Below are positions 24,271-36,857 of a DNA stretch of 64,000 nt, in pieces. Origin of the DNA: Octopus sinensis (lineage: Eukaryota); the NCBI RefSeq assembly GCF_006345805.1, contig NC_043010.1, positions 5,952,001-6,016,000 of the forward strand, written 5' to 3'. The first letter of the stretch is position 1; the number at the start of each line of letters is the position of its first letter. Made by a program: the position numbers and the translations under genes. Below the pieces are notes generated by a model, which saw only the letters and a list, made by a program, of their open reading frames with translations, was not told where the DNA came from and did not search any database.

Positions 24271-25339
24271 AGACTGGTTTACTTAACCCACACCCACTTA
24301 CATATACATGTGAATGTGTGTTAGTACATAAATGAATAAGGAAGAAATGTCTAATGATTAGAATGAAGTGGACAGGCAATAAATTCAGTATGGAAAATAT
24401 TTCTAAATAAGGATGATATATATGAGTAAAATTATGGGAAATATGTCTAACTTTAGTAAATTTATCATACAAATTGTACTTAACTTTAAAAAAGTCATGA
24501 TGTAACCAAAGTAAAATTAATTGGTATAAAAAATAGATTTATGTAAATATTATGTTAACATAATAAAATTCCAGCGACAGTATGGAGAAAAACTTTTTAG
24601 AAAATACGAAACTGTGGCTATCAATAAACTAATAGTTGTTTGCTGGAAATCTCTGTAGCAGAGGATTAAAGGAATGCAGAATGGGAGAATGCGCATAAAG
24701 AATGATACTTTAAAAGTTGCATAATCACATTGGTGCATTTGTTAAATTAAATCAGCAGACTTCATTTTCAATTTGATAGCTTTTCTCAAAATAAAAAAAT
24801 AATATCCAAGAATTTCATAAAGAACAGAAGAATAAGGAGTTTCTAACAGATATAAATGGTACAAACTATTGCAGTAAAATATAGAATAAATCTCAGATCT
24901 TGTAACAGGACAGTAACAGCTAGGATTCTTCGAAAACGTAAATTCATAGCATAATAAAATACAAATTAAAAACTTCATGAGGTTTTCTATTTGAGGAATG
25001 GATTAGCAAAAATGTTAGAATGTTGAATAAAATGTTTGCTGTGTTTAGTTACAAACTATTATGCACTGTGCTGAAATTGCTATGAGGTTAACTTTATTTT
25101 ATCAATGCCAGACGAGATTAAATATAAGACAAGCAATGGGGTTGCTTTAATGTTATATTAAGTCTAAAATAGAAAATGAAAACTAATGGAAACTAAAACT
25201 GAAACATTAATGATCAGTGTTTTACTATAACAAGAAATATTGCTAAATCATTAATATTTTCCATTAATGTATTCCTTACTGGAAATGTATTGCCTGTCTT
25301 GAGAAAATAATGCTTTGTTATGTTCTTGAAATTATGCTA

Positions 25340-28300
25340 TTAGACGTCTGTTGCAGATAGAGGAGGGAGTGGAGGAGGTACCTGGGGTGATGAAGGTACC
25401 TTTGGTAGTGTTGTTATTTTGGGTACAGCTGGCAGAGATGGTTTACAGTCTGAAGTAAATTGACTTTTCACTGGTACTGTAGAATGTTGTTCAGTTATGT
25501 TAGATGTGGTCCCAGTAATAGTCAAAGGTGTTTGGTCAATCGAACAGGAAGTGTTATTATCGACATTAGGGTGATGGTGATATCCATATTTGTTATCTCC
25601 CCTTGATCTGTTGAGTGTGTTTTGAAGTTGATTTCTTCTATTCCATGTCTGGTCACTTTGGTAACGACACAGATCTAAAAAATAATGAGTTTGTATATAA
25701 ATTTACTTTGCAATCAAAAATTAACCTCATTAACATTTCTTTCATGTATAAAATTATTCTACATTTGTGTAGATTTGTTCGAAAGTTGGAATTTTTAATC
25801 CACAGCTTCATAATTTATTGATAATGAAGAATTTAATTAAATACAGATGTTTCTCATATTTACATTGTCTTTCTTGATTATGATCAGATTTGAAAAGAAA
25901 GTTTGGAAGGAAATATTCATGTGAATGAATTCTAATAGAACTTTTTATAATATCAATATATTTTACCTTGTTAGATATGAACAACAAACGTTAATTTGAA
26001 ATTACATTATAGTCCTGCACTTTTGGAGACCAGTGGAATGAAAGCACCCTTCCTTGAAAAGCAATGAAAGATTAGCAAAAGAAAGAGCTAAGTGTATGCA
26101 TTGCCTTAATATTCTACTCATCTGACTCATGCTAGCATACGAAAAATGAACAGGAAAAGAATGAACTAAATTAAATATATTTAATTCTCTTTCATTAGTA
26201 AATATAATATTCAATTTTAAAGTTTCTTACATCAGAAGAAATGTTTCCTGTTTTTAACTTACCTGGAAGTTCCTCATAGTGTCCAGCACTACCGACACTC
26301 CAGCCATGACCACTATCAGTGTGAGATAATGTTGACATCTCACTGAGTTGATCCGTATTGTTTAGCTCTCTGTAACCTGGAGACATAGTTTCCTCTCTTG
26401 GAATAAACATCTGAAAATATAAATCCAGTGGATCATCATGATGTTCTGAACATTTAAAAATCAAAATATAATTCAGAAATTTAAACAATTTTAAGAAACC
26501 TTCAGTTGGGAGGTTAATTTATAAAATTTGGTACAAGTCATCTGTTTGAAAGTTGAGTTCTTAAAGAAGATACAAAACATCTGTCAGAATACTGAAGCAA
26601 TTTACATTCTTTGCCTCCAAGGAATCTACTTCATCACCATTTCTTAACACAGATATTTTTGACTTGAGTTTGTAATATTTAGACAAGCTTACAACTCTAT
26701 ATTAAGAGATTTGAGTTCCGAAATATCTTTTTAAATTAGAGTGTGGATGGTATTAGAAGGCAGCGAGCTGGCAGAATCGTTAGCACGTCGGGCAAAATGC
26801 TTAGTGGTATGTCGTCTGCCGTTACATTCCGAGTTCAAATTCCGCCGAGGTCGACTTTGCCTTTCATCTTTTCGGGGTCGATAGATTAAGTACCAGTTAC
26901 GCACTAAGTTTGATGTAATCGACAATCCGTTTGTCTGACCCTGTTTGTCCCCTCTGTGTTTAGCCCCTTGTGGGTAGTAAAGAAATAGGTATTAGAGGGC
27001 AGATTTATGATTTTTTAAAAATGCATATATACTAACAGAAAAAATGCTATATTTTTACGAAAATAACAAACAAAGCTAAATTATCGATTTAATTCAATAA
27101 AACCACCATGACAAGCATCAATAACTGCTTCTACACAGAGTAGAAAGTGTTTACAAGCTCGGATTAAGAAGTTCTTGTTAGACATAACTCAAACCATGGT
27201 GGCTTTCAAAGAATCTTTGGTACTATTGGGGTGTTCATTGACATTTTACTCAAGGGTGCTCCATACGTAGTAGTCCAGTGGATTAAGAGCTAGAGAATTA
27301 AGAGGCCAAATGTTGGAGGTGATGTGATGATGCAAATTGTCAGCCATCTATTCTTGAGTCATTTGAGCCTTGTGTGATGGTACAGAATCTTGTTGAAAGG
27401 CATAAGGCCTTCCATTGCATACACTGATGACCCAAGGCTAAACTTTATCCAGAACCTCAGTATACACGGCAGCATTCACCCTAAGGCCCTGTGGGAAAAG
27501 TGAGGATGCATCATATGTCCTTCATTGCCAACAAAACCCAAAACTATAACACTTGCAGGAAATGCTGCACATTACTCTTGGAACCTCTGAAGGGTCTGCA
27601 CATAGCCATCTGTCAATTCTTCAATTAGTTTCCTGGTCCTGGTCAAAGTTTTTCTCACCTGAGGAAAAACAAAATCACACCATCTTCTAATGGATTTTAA
27701 AGTTTGTCAGAAAGTCTTCTGGATCTGATTAAATGGTTTTCTTTTGTTTTTTTCTCACGTGAATCGACCTCTCCTCATCACATAAGATTTGTATCTGATG
27801 TCTTCATGCACAACATTTCTGAATGGTTTTTCTAACAAAATGTTTTTACAATTGACCTCATTGATTTTCCTGGATTGTCTTCAATGTTTTGTCTAACTAC
27901 CTGAATAAATTCAGGTGTTCTGATAGAATCAGAGTGTTTGGAGTGTTTTTCATGCTTTGATACCAGTAATACACTTCCGTCATCATTCTGTAACTCACAC
28001 TAAATCTTGTGGACAAAAGATCTTGCAACCTTCAGAAACAAGAAATTTCTAAATCACCTTGCTTAGCCTTCAAAGCCACAATCACAGCTGACCTTTTCAT
28101 CTTAATTAGTAAGCACAAGACTTGTCATTGTTACTTTCTAAAATAGAAGTTCAATAAAAATCAAAGTAAAGACTAAAAATGCATGTGTCTTCGAATGCTG
28201 TCCATGCCCTGTACTTGATAGTTCACCAATATTATACGTGCAACATAGAAAATCTTTTCTACAGATAAAAATTAGCAAACGTTTAATTTACGTCTATTGT

Positions 28301-31300
28301 TTACTGCACTTGCATTTATATAAAAATACTAGTAAATGGGAGACCCATTTCGGTCATGAATGACCATGGGATTGCACCTAGAAAATCATCCTCCGAGGTA
28401 CAAGTCCAGGCAAGGGTGTTTATTGAAAGCCGGCAGTCGCCCATGCATACCAGCCTCCCCTCTCCACACCACTGATGTTATCCAAGGGAAAGGCAAAGGC
28501 CAATACAGCTTGGCACCAGTGATGTCGCAACTCATTTCTACAGCGGAGTTAACTGGGGCAACGTGAAATAAAGTGTCTTGCTCAAGAACACAACATGCAG
28601 CCTGGTCCGGAAATCGAGCTCACAGCCTCACGATCGTAAGCTCGATGCTCTAACCACTGAGCCATGCGCCTTCACAATAATAGCAATTATTTCAAATAGT
28701 GTAAATGTAATATTTCTCCAACCGTAAAGATTGTGGAAGTCAATAAATATTTGTTGCTTCTTGCAGCACTCATGTGGTGCTTTTCTCTTTTCAGTTCATT
28801 TTTTGAAGCAAATACATGCAGAGAAGACACAGGTACAATAGAGGGAACAATTGAAATGTAAAATAATGTGATTTTAAAATATTTTCTTAAAATGATTGCT
28901 CTGAAATATATAAATATAAAGCAGTTATACTTCATGCAGGAACACAAAAACAAATGAAGCATGCAACAGCCATTTTTACCTTGATATTTCAAATAAATAT
29001 AAGCAATTTACCTGTTCATGTCTGTTCAAAGTAAAATCGTTCCACTTATCACATGGCAGGGTTCTGCAGTAAGTATCTTCCCTATAAACCTTTGATTCTT
29101 GAGATGGCTTCAGTTTTCTCGACATTGTGTACTGAACTCCAGGAGGAACACAGGTAGGATCAAATATATATTTCGATTGGGCGTTTAATGCAGGTGTAAC
29201 CTTGTGGTACATATCAACACTGTTGTTATAGGTGTTGTCTGTCTGCTTCAGTCTATGAACTATACAGATTGATATAGAGATCACTATGACAACTGATACG
29301 ATCACAGCTGCTATAACAATAACAATCATCACATTCAATTGGAGACCATTACTTGATTCTGTTGTTGTCTTTGAAGGGGTCTTAAATATCTTTGATGTGC
29401 TGTTACTAACTATTAGGGTCAAAGACAAAGTTGTTGTCGATGACAGAACTGGACTGCCACTGTCTTTCACACCTAATTCCAGTTCATAGAATCCAGCATC
29501 ATTTTGGTAAAGTGAGCGAGAGAAAGATAAGACACCAGAGTGATGGTTCATTTGAAATAAGTGTTTCTCATTACCTCTGAGTATTTCATATGTGAGGAAG
29601 GCATTGTGTTGACTGTCTCTGTCGGAGGCCCTAACAACTGTGATATCATGGTCAGAGTGGGGATGGTAGTGGACATTAAGACTGAAAGGGTCAACATTAG
29701 GGAAACTGAAATAGGGAGCATTATCATTTAAATCCATAACCTCAACAACAACATTTGCTCTCTTCTCCAGTGATGGTGTTCCTTTATCTTTTACTAAAAC
29801 CTTAAACTCATACAGGTTCTTTTCTTCTCTGTCTAGGGACTCAGTTGTGGAAATGAATCCCACATCAGATATCTGAAATGGTAGAATATCTTTTCCATCA
29901 GATAATAGAGAATAGGTTAATTGTCCTCCATCTCCAATATCTGGGTCTGTGGCATTGACATATCCAACAGAGAAGTCTTTGTGTTCATTTTCATAGGTGA
30001 GAAACTTAAATATGTCCTGACTAAACTGAGGTTGTACATCATTTATGTCAGTGACCAGCACAGAAAACTGTTTCTCTACTTTCAATGGAGGTAAACCATT
30101 ATCTTGACATTTAATGGTGAAATTAAAGCTCTTCTCACTCTCTCTATCTATTTCACTCTTGACAACAACTTTGTATTTCTCTGCAGATACTAAGATTAGC
30201 TGAAGGTATCTGTTTTGTAAATGACACTTCACTTGTCCATTTTCTCCATTGTCATTGTCAGTAACTTTGACATAAGCAACATACCTGCCGGCTCGAATTG
30301 CTTCTGAAATGAGAATTGTGTTTCCAGTTGACTTTAAGAGAAACATGACATCAATATTTGGTGGATTATTACGATGTGTGACACCATTTACCAGAACAAT
30401 GGCTGTTGAGGACATAGGTATTTTACCACAATCCCTGGCTTCAACAGTTATTTTATACATTTTTCCGAATTGAAATTCATTTGTTATAAACATTTCTCCT
30501 GTTGTCTTATACAATTTAAAACACTGTTTGATTTTATTTGGAGTTTTAGCACCAAATATGTATGAAATTTTCCCATTTTCCCCATCATCTAAATCAGTAG
30601 CCAACAACCTCAGAATCGGTTGGCGCATTTGATGTGTGTCATTTAGAGTCACATTGTAGATATTTGGGGAAAATACAGGGAAATTATCATTTTTATCTTC
30701 CACTAATATTTTGATGTCCAGTATACCTTCTTTTGGTGGAGATCCCCCATCTGTGGCAATCAGCTGAAGATTATAAATGCTCTTAGTCTCACGATCTAAG
30801 TTACCTTCTAGAATTATCTGTAATACACTAGATTCATCTGCTCTCTTCAAAACAAACAATTTGAACGGAATACGTAAATCTCTTAGCTGATAATTGATCT
30901 TTGAGTTCTGAATACTGACATCTTTATCAATGGCATTTGGAAGTATTTCTCTTGTTCCTATCAATACGTTTTCATAGAGTTGCAGGTGAAATTCATTAAT
31001 TGGAAAGAAGGGATAATTGTCATTGATGTCTTCTATTATAACTTTGATTTCTAATATCTTCAGAAAAGAATGACCATGGTGAACTGCTATTTCCAATATC
31101 CTGAAACATTCCACATTATATTGACACAGAGTTTCTGCATCCAATATGGCAGCTGTGTGCAGTTGTCCTCCAGGTGTAACATTAAACAACTGAACACTTC
31201 CATCGGTACCACCCTGGAGTATATTAAATGAAAATTTGTTGCTCTCATCCTTAGTCTGTATATTATCCAATAAGTGCGTATCAGTGACAATATCTCCAAT

Positions 31301-31399
31301 ATAACTGTTTATATCATTGTTCTCTTTCACATGGTAGGTATGATCCACACACCTGCAGCTGTCAGCTGCCAACAGTACCAACAAAACTATGAATAACAT
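25340..31399 (-). CDS. Pcdh: Protocadherin G3, join(complement 29012..31399, 26263..26410, 25340..25674), 956 aa
   Basis: Six EC repeats and TM. ATG at 31399 (track start 31414 is TTG). GT-AG sites at 29011, 26410, 26262 and 25674. Lengths 2388+148+335 are in frame; ends ATDV-stop. Confidence 0.93.
26758..26987 (+). mobile_element. tRNA-derived SINE, family A
   Basis: Same sequence; 9-bp TSD GGTATTAGA at 26749-26757 and 26988-26996. Confidence 0.85.
27130..28240 (-). mobile_element. Decayed Tc1/mariner element, probably maT/DD37D-like; boundaries approximate
   Basis: Reverse-strand translation gives KRSAVIVALKA...VARSFVHKI...IRTPEFI...NPGKSMRSI and FQQDSVPSHKAQ...NIWPLNSLALNPLDYYVWS, with stops and frameshifts. 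TIRs not resolved. Confidence 0.7.
28337..28675 (-). mobile_element. tRNA-derived SINE, family D (reverse)
   Basis: Reverse strand reads GTGAAGGCGCATGGCTCAGTGGTTAGAGCATCG...GAGCTCGATTTCC (A/B boxes) followed by TTCTTGAGCAAGACACTT. Confidence 0.75.
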
Positions 31400-31621
31400 G
31401 GCTTCAGTCCTCAATTCTGTTGCAAGGATACGAATGTGTAAAGTTGATAGAATCTATCAAAGAATTGTGACTTCTTGAATATATTCTCTTTTTCTGTCCT
31501 GTAAACATGTAAACGTATTATGCATAAGAAAGGATGTAGTAATTAAGAAAATTCATATAATTTGTAAAATTATAAATTATGGCAAGGTGACAGAATCATT
31601 AGCACACCAGACAAAATGATT

Positions 31622-32032
31622 TTTACTCTCTCTCTTTTACTCATTTCAGTCATTTGACTGCGGCCATGCTGGAGCACCACCTTTAATCGAGCAACTCGAC
31701 CCCGGGACTTATTCTTTTGTAAGCCCAGTACTTATTCTATCGGTCTCTTTTGCCGAACCACTAAGTAACGGGGACATAAACACACCAGCATCGGTTGTCA
31801 AGCAATGCTAGGGGGACAAACACACTTACACAAACACACACACGCATATATATATATATACATATATACGACGGGCTTCTTTCAGTTTCCGTCTACCAAA
31901 TCCACTCACAAGGCTTTGGTCGGCCCGAGGCTATAGCAGAAGACATTTGCCCAAGGTGCCATGCAGTGGGACCGAACCTGGAACCATGTGGTTGGTAAAC
32001 AAGCTACTTACCACACAGCCACTCCTGCACCT
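31622..32032 (-). mobile_element. SINE family B (reverse)
   Basis: Reverse complement of family B, inserted into an older family-A-like remnant. Confidence 0.82.
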
Positions 32033-32297
32033 GGGACTGCAATAATTTGGTCATCTTTACATTCCAAATTCAAATTCTTCCATAGTTAACATTGCCTTTC
32101 ATCCTTTCGGGGCTTATAAAAGGAGCAGCCATTGAACAGTATGGTTGATGTAATTGATTTACCCCTTCCCCCAAAACTGCAGGCCTTCTGCTAATGTCTC
32201 TACATTTATGACAAAGACTCCTCAAACCTTTCCATTCTTTCTCTCAGGATGCATTTCCATCAACATATAGGTTGACCTCTTTCAAACAGTAGTCTAA

Positions 32298-32509
32298 CTC
32301 TTTAGTGTTCGCATTATTCTGCCAAAATTAATGCATTTTTATCCACATTGCCTTGAACTAATCGGGCATTATCTTGTAGCTTTGAGATTTTGATGAGGTA
32401 GCTGTTAATTTTTAAAACGATATTGTAGGGTTAGTGTGAGAGACCAGATATGGCCATAAAACAAGCAGAATACTTTTGGCCAGATATGGCCGGTTTAAAT
32501 GCTAAAGGG
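32298..32509. mobile_element. piggyBac-like MITE related to 7057-7275
   Basis: Shares TTTAGTGTTC...GATATGGCCGGTTTAAAT(G/A)CTAAAGGG|TTAA; left end degenerate. Confidence 0.6.
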
Positions 32510-33244
32510 TTAATACAATAGAATTTTATGATATTTCCCTCCTGCACAAATAAATTATGCTTTGATGTGTAAAAATATTACATAAATCATCTTATCTCTT
32601 TTTCTGTAACAAATATTACTTAAATTGTTATCATTTCAGGAACCTACTTTATCACTAAAACAAATGAAGCTGCTGACCTCCTCTGTTCGAAGGTTATAAT
32701 GGACACAGGTTTGTGTGTCACATAGCTAGCTAGAGGTGATGGCCTCTTGGAGCTAATCAATGGCAGCATTCGTCCTATTTATCTGAACTGCCATGTTAGG
32801 TTGGCGATAACTATTAATATCCAGTACCGCTTCTGTAGTCTCCTTTAGAGAGACTTAGAAATAATGATATTTCTATAAATGAAGGAAAGATATTTACATA
32901 AATTCAATTAGCCAAGAATTTTATGATACTATTTTCCTCCAACACAAACAAGTTATGTTTTGGTATCTAAAAATATTACATCACATGTCTGATCTCTTAC
33001 TTGACACAATATCTTAAATTTTCATCATTTCAGAAACCCAATTTATCACTTCAACTAGTGAAAAAGATAAATACATAAATTTCATTTGTCTACATCCCTT
33101 AAATCATTTAATTTTCTCAATAGGCAAAAAAACAAAAAAAAAACAGCATCTACACTGACACTCAAAGACCCCTTTTCGAATATTTGTTGAAACTGTTTCC
33201 CCCATCACAAACTGTCATAATATTTAAAAAGTGAATACATTGGA

Positions 33245-33514
33245 TGATGCCGTTGCCAGCCTCGCCTGGCCCCATGCCGGTGGCACGTAAAAAGCACCAT
33301 CCGTCCGTGGTCGTTTGCCAGCCCCGTCTGGCACGTAAAAAGCACCCACTACACTCACGGAGTGGTTGGCGTTAGGAAGGGCATCCAGCCGTTGAAACAC
33401 TGCCAGATCAGACTGGACCTGGCGCAGCCTACTGGCTTCCCAGTCCCCAGTTGAACCGTCCAACCCATGCTAGCATGGAAAGCGGATGCTAAATGATGAT
33501 GATGATGATGATGA
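33245..33514 (+). mobile_element. (GAT)n-tailed retroposon 3' end (RTE-like, assignment tentative)
   Basis: GGCACGTAAAAAGCACC twice, then GTGGTTGGCGTTAGGAAGGGCATCCAGCC...CCAACCCATGCTAGCATGG and (GAT)7. Absent from paralogous sites. Confidence 0.65.
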
Positions 33515-33787
33515 TATATCAATATCCACAAAGAAACAGAAAACTCAATAAAAAAAACAATATGACTATCATGGCTAAAACTATCTTTGACCATCGATTA
33601 TTTCAATCAGAAACAACTTGGAATTAAAAGGCAGCTGTGACGCAAATAATGTATAACTAGCTTTTCCACTGAAATCATATTCCTATAAACTATTAACAAT
33701 TAGTCTGATTAATTAATGATAAATACATTTTTCAGAAATACATTCATAAATTCATTATGGTTAGCAGTAACTTTTGTAGTCTGAAGA

Positions 33788-34027
33788 TATACCTATTTCT
33801 TTACTACCCACAACGGGCTAAACACAGATGGGGACAAACAAGGACAGACAAACGGATTAAGTCGATTACATCGATCTCCAGTACGTAACTGGTACTTAAT
33901 TTATCGACCCCGAAAGGATGAAAGGCAAAGTCAACCTCGGCGGAATTTGAACTCAGAACGTAACGGTAGACGAAATACGGCTACGCATTTCATCCAGCGT
34001 GCTAACGATTCTGCCAGCTTGCCGCCC
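33788..34027 (-). mobile_element. tRNA-derived SINE, family A (reverse)
   Basis: Reverse complement of family A; TSD TCTGAAGA at 33780-33787 and 34028-34035; empty site seen in paralogous units (~43525, ~51070). Confidence 0.85.
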
Positions 34028-34504
34028 TCTGAAGAAAAACAGTTGAGATTTTCAGCAATCTGTTGGAGATAGAAAACCATAACTTTTACTCTAACATGCT
34101 AAAGGCCTGATATGCAATAGGGATTCCTTTAGCTTTTTTTCTATATTTATACTAATGCCATACTTAACAAGTTTCACAACGCTAGTTATGCCACGATATT
34201 GCCAAAATATCTTACTGATTATTCTACTACTAAACATATTTATAGTAGGCCACAAGGATATGCCTCAAGCCACTGCAATGAAGTTGCAGCCTTTACATTT
34301 AGACACAATTCATAATTTTTTAGACATGGTTCATAAATTATTTTTGATACGGAAATTTTAAGAATTTTAGTGTTTTCTTCCACTACTGCAATGGACTCAA
34401 CTCATTTCAAATTGTCTTCTCTGATTCATATTAAAACTACTCACTGCATGATGGGTTAAAGATGCCATTTCCTTTAACACCAACACCTGGATCTTTTATC
34501 TTAT

Positions 34505-34851
34505 AATAATAATGAAATTATTGTATACAGTGCTCAGGTGCACCACAACTTGTCAGAAAGTGCGTATAGAGTATATGCAGTAATGTACAAATGTCTGGAA
34601 AGCGAACAATGCACGACTCAGATACATGCTTGTGTGTGTATAGAGGGGAGACGAATCTCAGAAAGCATGGAAGTTTTGAAGGATGCAGTGCTCCGACAAC
34701 TAACAACTGATGCAGGCAGTTTGTTCCATACTTCAGCAACTCTCAGCGTGAAAACATGTTTCCTGAAGTCATGGGAGCTGTGCTGTTTTCTGACTTTGTA
34801 AATATGTCCACGGGTGTTAGATGGGTGGAGTTTGAAAAGGTGCTCGGAGTT
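34505..34851 (-). mobile_element. 5'-truncated CR1/L2-clade LINE 3' end
   Basis: Reverse translation NTRGHIYKVRKQHSSHDFRKHVFTLRVAEVWNKLPASVVSCRSTASFK matches the typical CR1 ORF2 C-terminus; short (ATT)n tail. Absent at the equivalent site in unit 2 (~23020). Confidence 0.75.
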
Positions 34852-35553
34852 TACCTGTTTAAGTCATAGGACTGTGGCCATACTGGGGCACCGCCTCGAT
34901 ACTTATAATCGATTTGCAATTTTACACCGTTAGTACTTCCCAACCATTTTAATTCTAAAGTTCCTTTGTTGCAGACATTTACAATGGGTTTCTGTTTCAT
35001 TGATATCGTTCGTTTTTCAGATTCATCATTGCAGAGTAAAATTCAGTGATTAGAGATTTGGAGAAAAGATTTAAAAAAAAACTAATACTAACAGAACTCT
35101 AACTAAAGGAGTTGTTGCCCTTTGAGCCTGACCTACAAAAGAATAAAGTTACATTTGCCTAATAGTTTAAGTTGAAAAAATGTTCTTCATCACATTTACC
35201 TTCTAATTACACATATTTAATCATTAAGTTACATTTAACATCAATCTCCCATTAAATAGCCAATCTAAATCATAGTCGTAATTCAAGAATTTAGTGAAAC
35301 AATAAAATTACGAATTTTGGAATTTTGTGAATATTTCCTAAATTTTACTCTTTAGGAAATACCATTTATATTCCAGATTTGATAAATAGAAATCACTACA
35401 AGATACAAATAACCGTGAAAAATTCTAACATCAAATAAACTTGTTCTATAATTACATCCTGTCTGTAACAGTAGAATGAACTTGTGATTAAATAACAGAT
35501 TTGAAAAACATATAAAAGTTTACACAAGAGAATAAGTTCTAATAAGTACTTAC

Positions 35554-35792
35554 CAACAGTTGTCAGTGGTTTATATAGTTGTTGCTGTGCTGTTTCAGGG
35601 TTTTGGTAACAAAGTTATATCAGTAGCAGAAGTTCTGAGTAGTTTGGTATGTGACAGTGTTATGTAGTTCTATGGAGTTGGTTGTGTAGTATGTAATGTG
35701 TGTTGTAGCCAATGACAAGCTGTCTTTTATTCCAGTGCAAGGAAACGGAAATACAGCCTCCAACTTTTGCAGTTAATGATGGGCTGACTCAC
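35554..35792 (-). promoter_or_regulatory. Promoter/leader exon of G3
   Basis: Conserved block; donor at 35553; acceptor before 31498. Confidence 0.7.
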
Positions 35793-36605
35793 AGACTGGT
35801 TTACTTAACCCACACCCACTTACATATACATGTGAATGTGTGTTAGTACATAAATGAATAAGGAAGAAATGTCTAATGATTAGAAGGAAGTGGACAGGCA
35901 ATAAATTCAGTATGGAAAATATTGATTCAAAATAATGTTAATATAAATGTGTAAAAGTATAAGGAACCTAACTTTAGTAACTTTATGTTACAAACTGCAC
36001 ATAACTCTCAGAAAAGTTATGATGGAACCAAGATAACATTAATTCACATAAAAAATTAATATTTGGAAATATTATATTAATACAATAAAACAGCAGTGGA
36101 GTCAAAAAAGAAAATATTTTAGAAAATACGAAACTATGGCTATCAATAAACTTATTTATGTTCAGTAGAAATGTGTGAAGTAGAACACTGAAGAACAGCA
36201 GAATAAGAGAATGAGCAGAAGGAATGATATTTACCAAACCTTTTGCATTTGTTAGGTTAAAGGGGTTTACTTCATTTTGGATTTCATAGATTTCCTCAGA
36301 ATTAATAAATAATAATATTGAAGAATTTCATGAAGAACAGAAGTAGAAGGCAACTACTAATAGATATAACTTCTACAAACTACCATAGTAAAATATTCTG
36401 TAAATCTCAGATTTTCTAACAAAACATTAACATCTTGGAGCCTTCAAAGTGAACACTGATAGCATTACAGAATATAAATATAAGATTATTAAGATTTTGC
36501 TATTTCAGAAATGGATTTGCAGAGAAGTTAGGATGTTGTATAAAATGTTTGCTGTATTTAGTTACAAATTATTATGCACTGTGCTAAAATTGCTCTGAGA
36601 TTAGA

Positions 36606-36611
36606 TTTATT
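36606..36611 (-). terminator. Candidate poly(A) signal AATAAA of G4
   Basis: AATAAA on the minus strand about 250 nt after the stop. Found at the same relative place in G3 (25093), G5 (45410), G6 (53270) and G7 (61996). The sequence is AT-rich, so this is only suggestive. Confidence 0.45.
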
Positions 36612-36857
36612 TTATCAATACAATAAATGAGATTAAATACAAACCAAATAATTGGGTTGATTTACCGTAAATTAAAATCTAAAAAACAGAATCTGAAAAC
36701 TAACGGAAACTAATGAATGAAACATTATTGATGCGTGTTCCACTATGAAATGAAATATTGTTTTGTTATTAATATTTTCTTTTAATGTATTCCTTACTGG
36801 AAATGTATTGCCTGTCTTGAGAAAATAATGCTTTGTTATGTTCTTGAAATTATGCTA

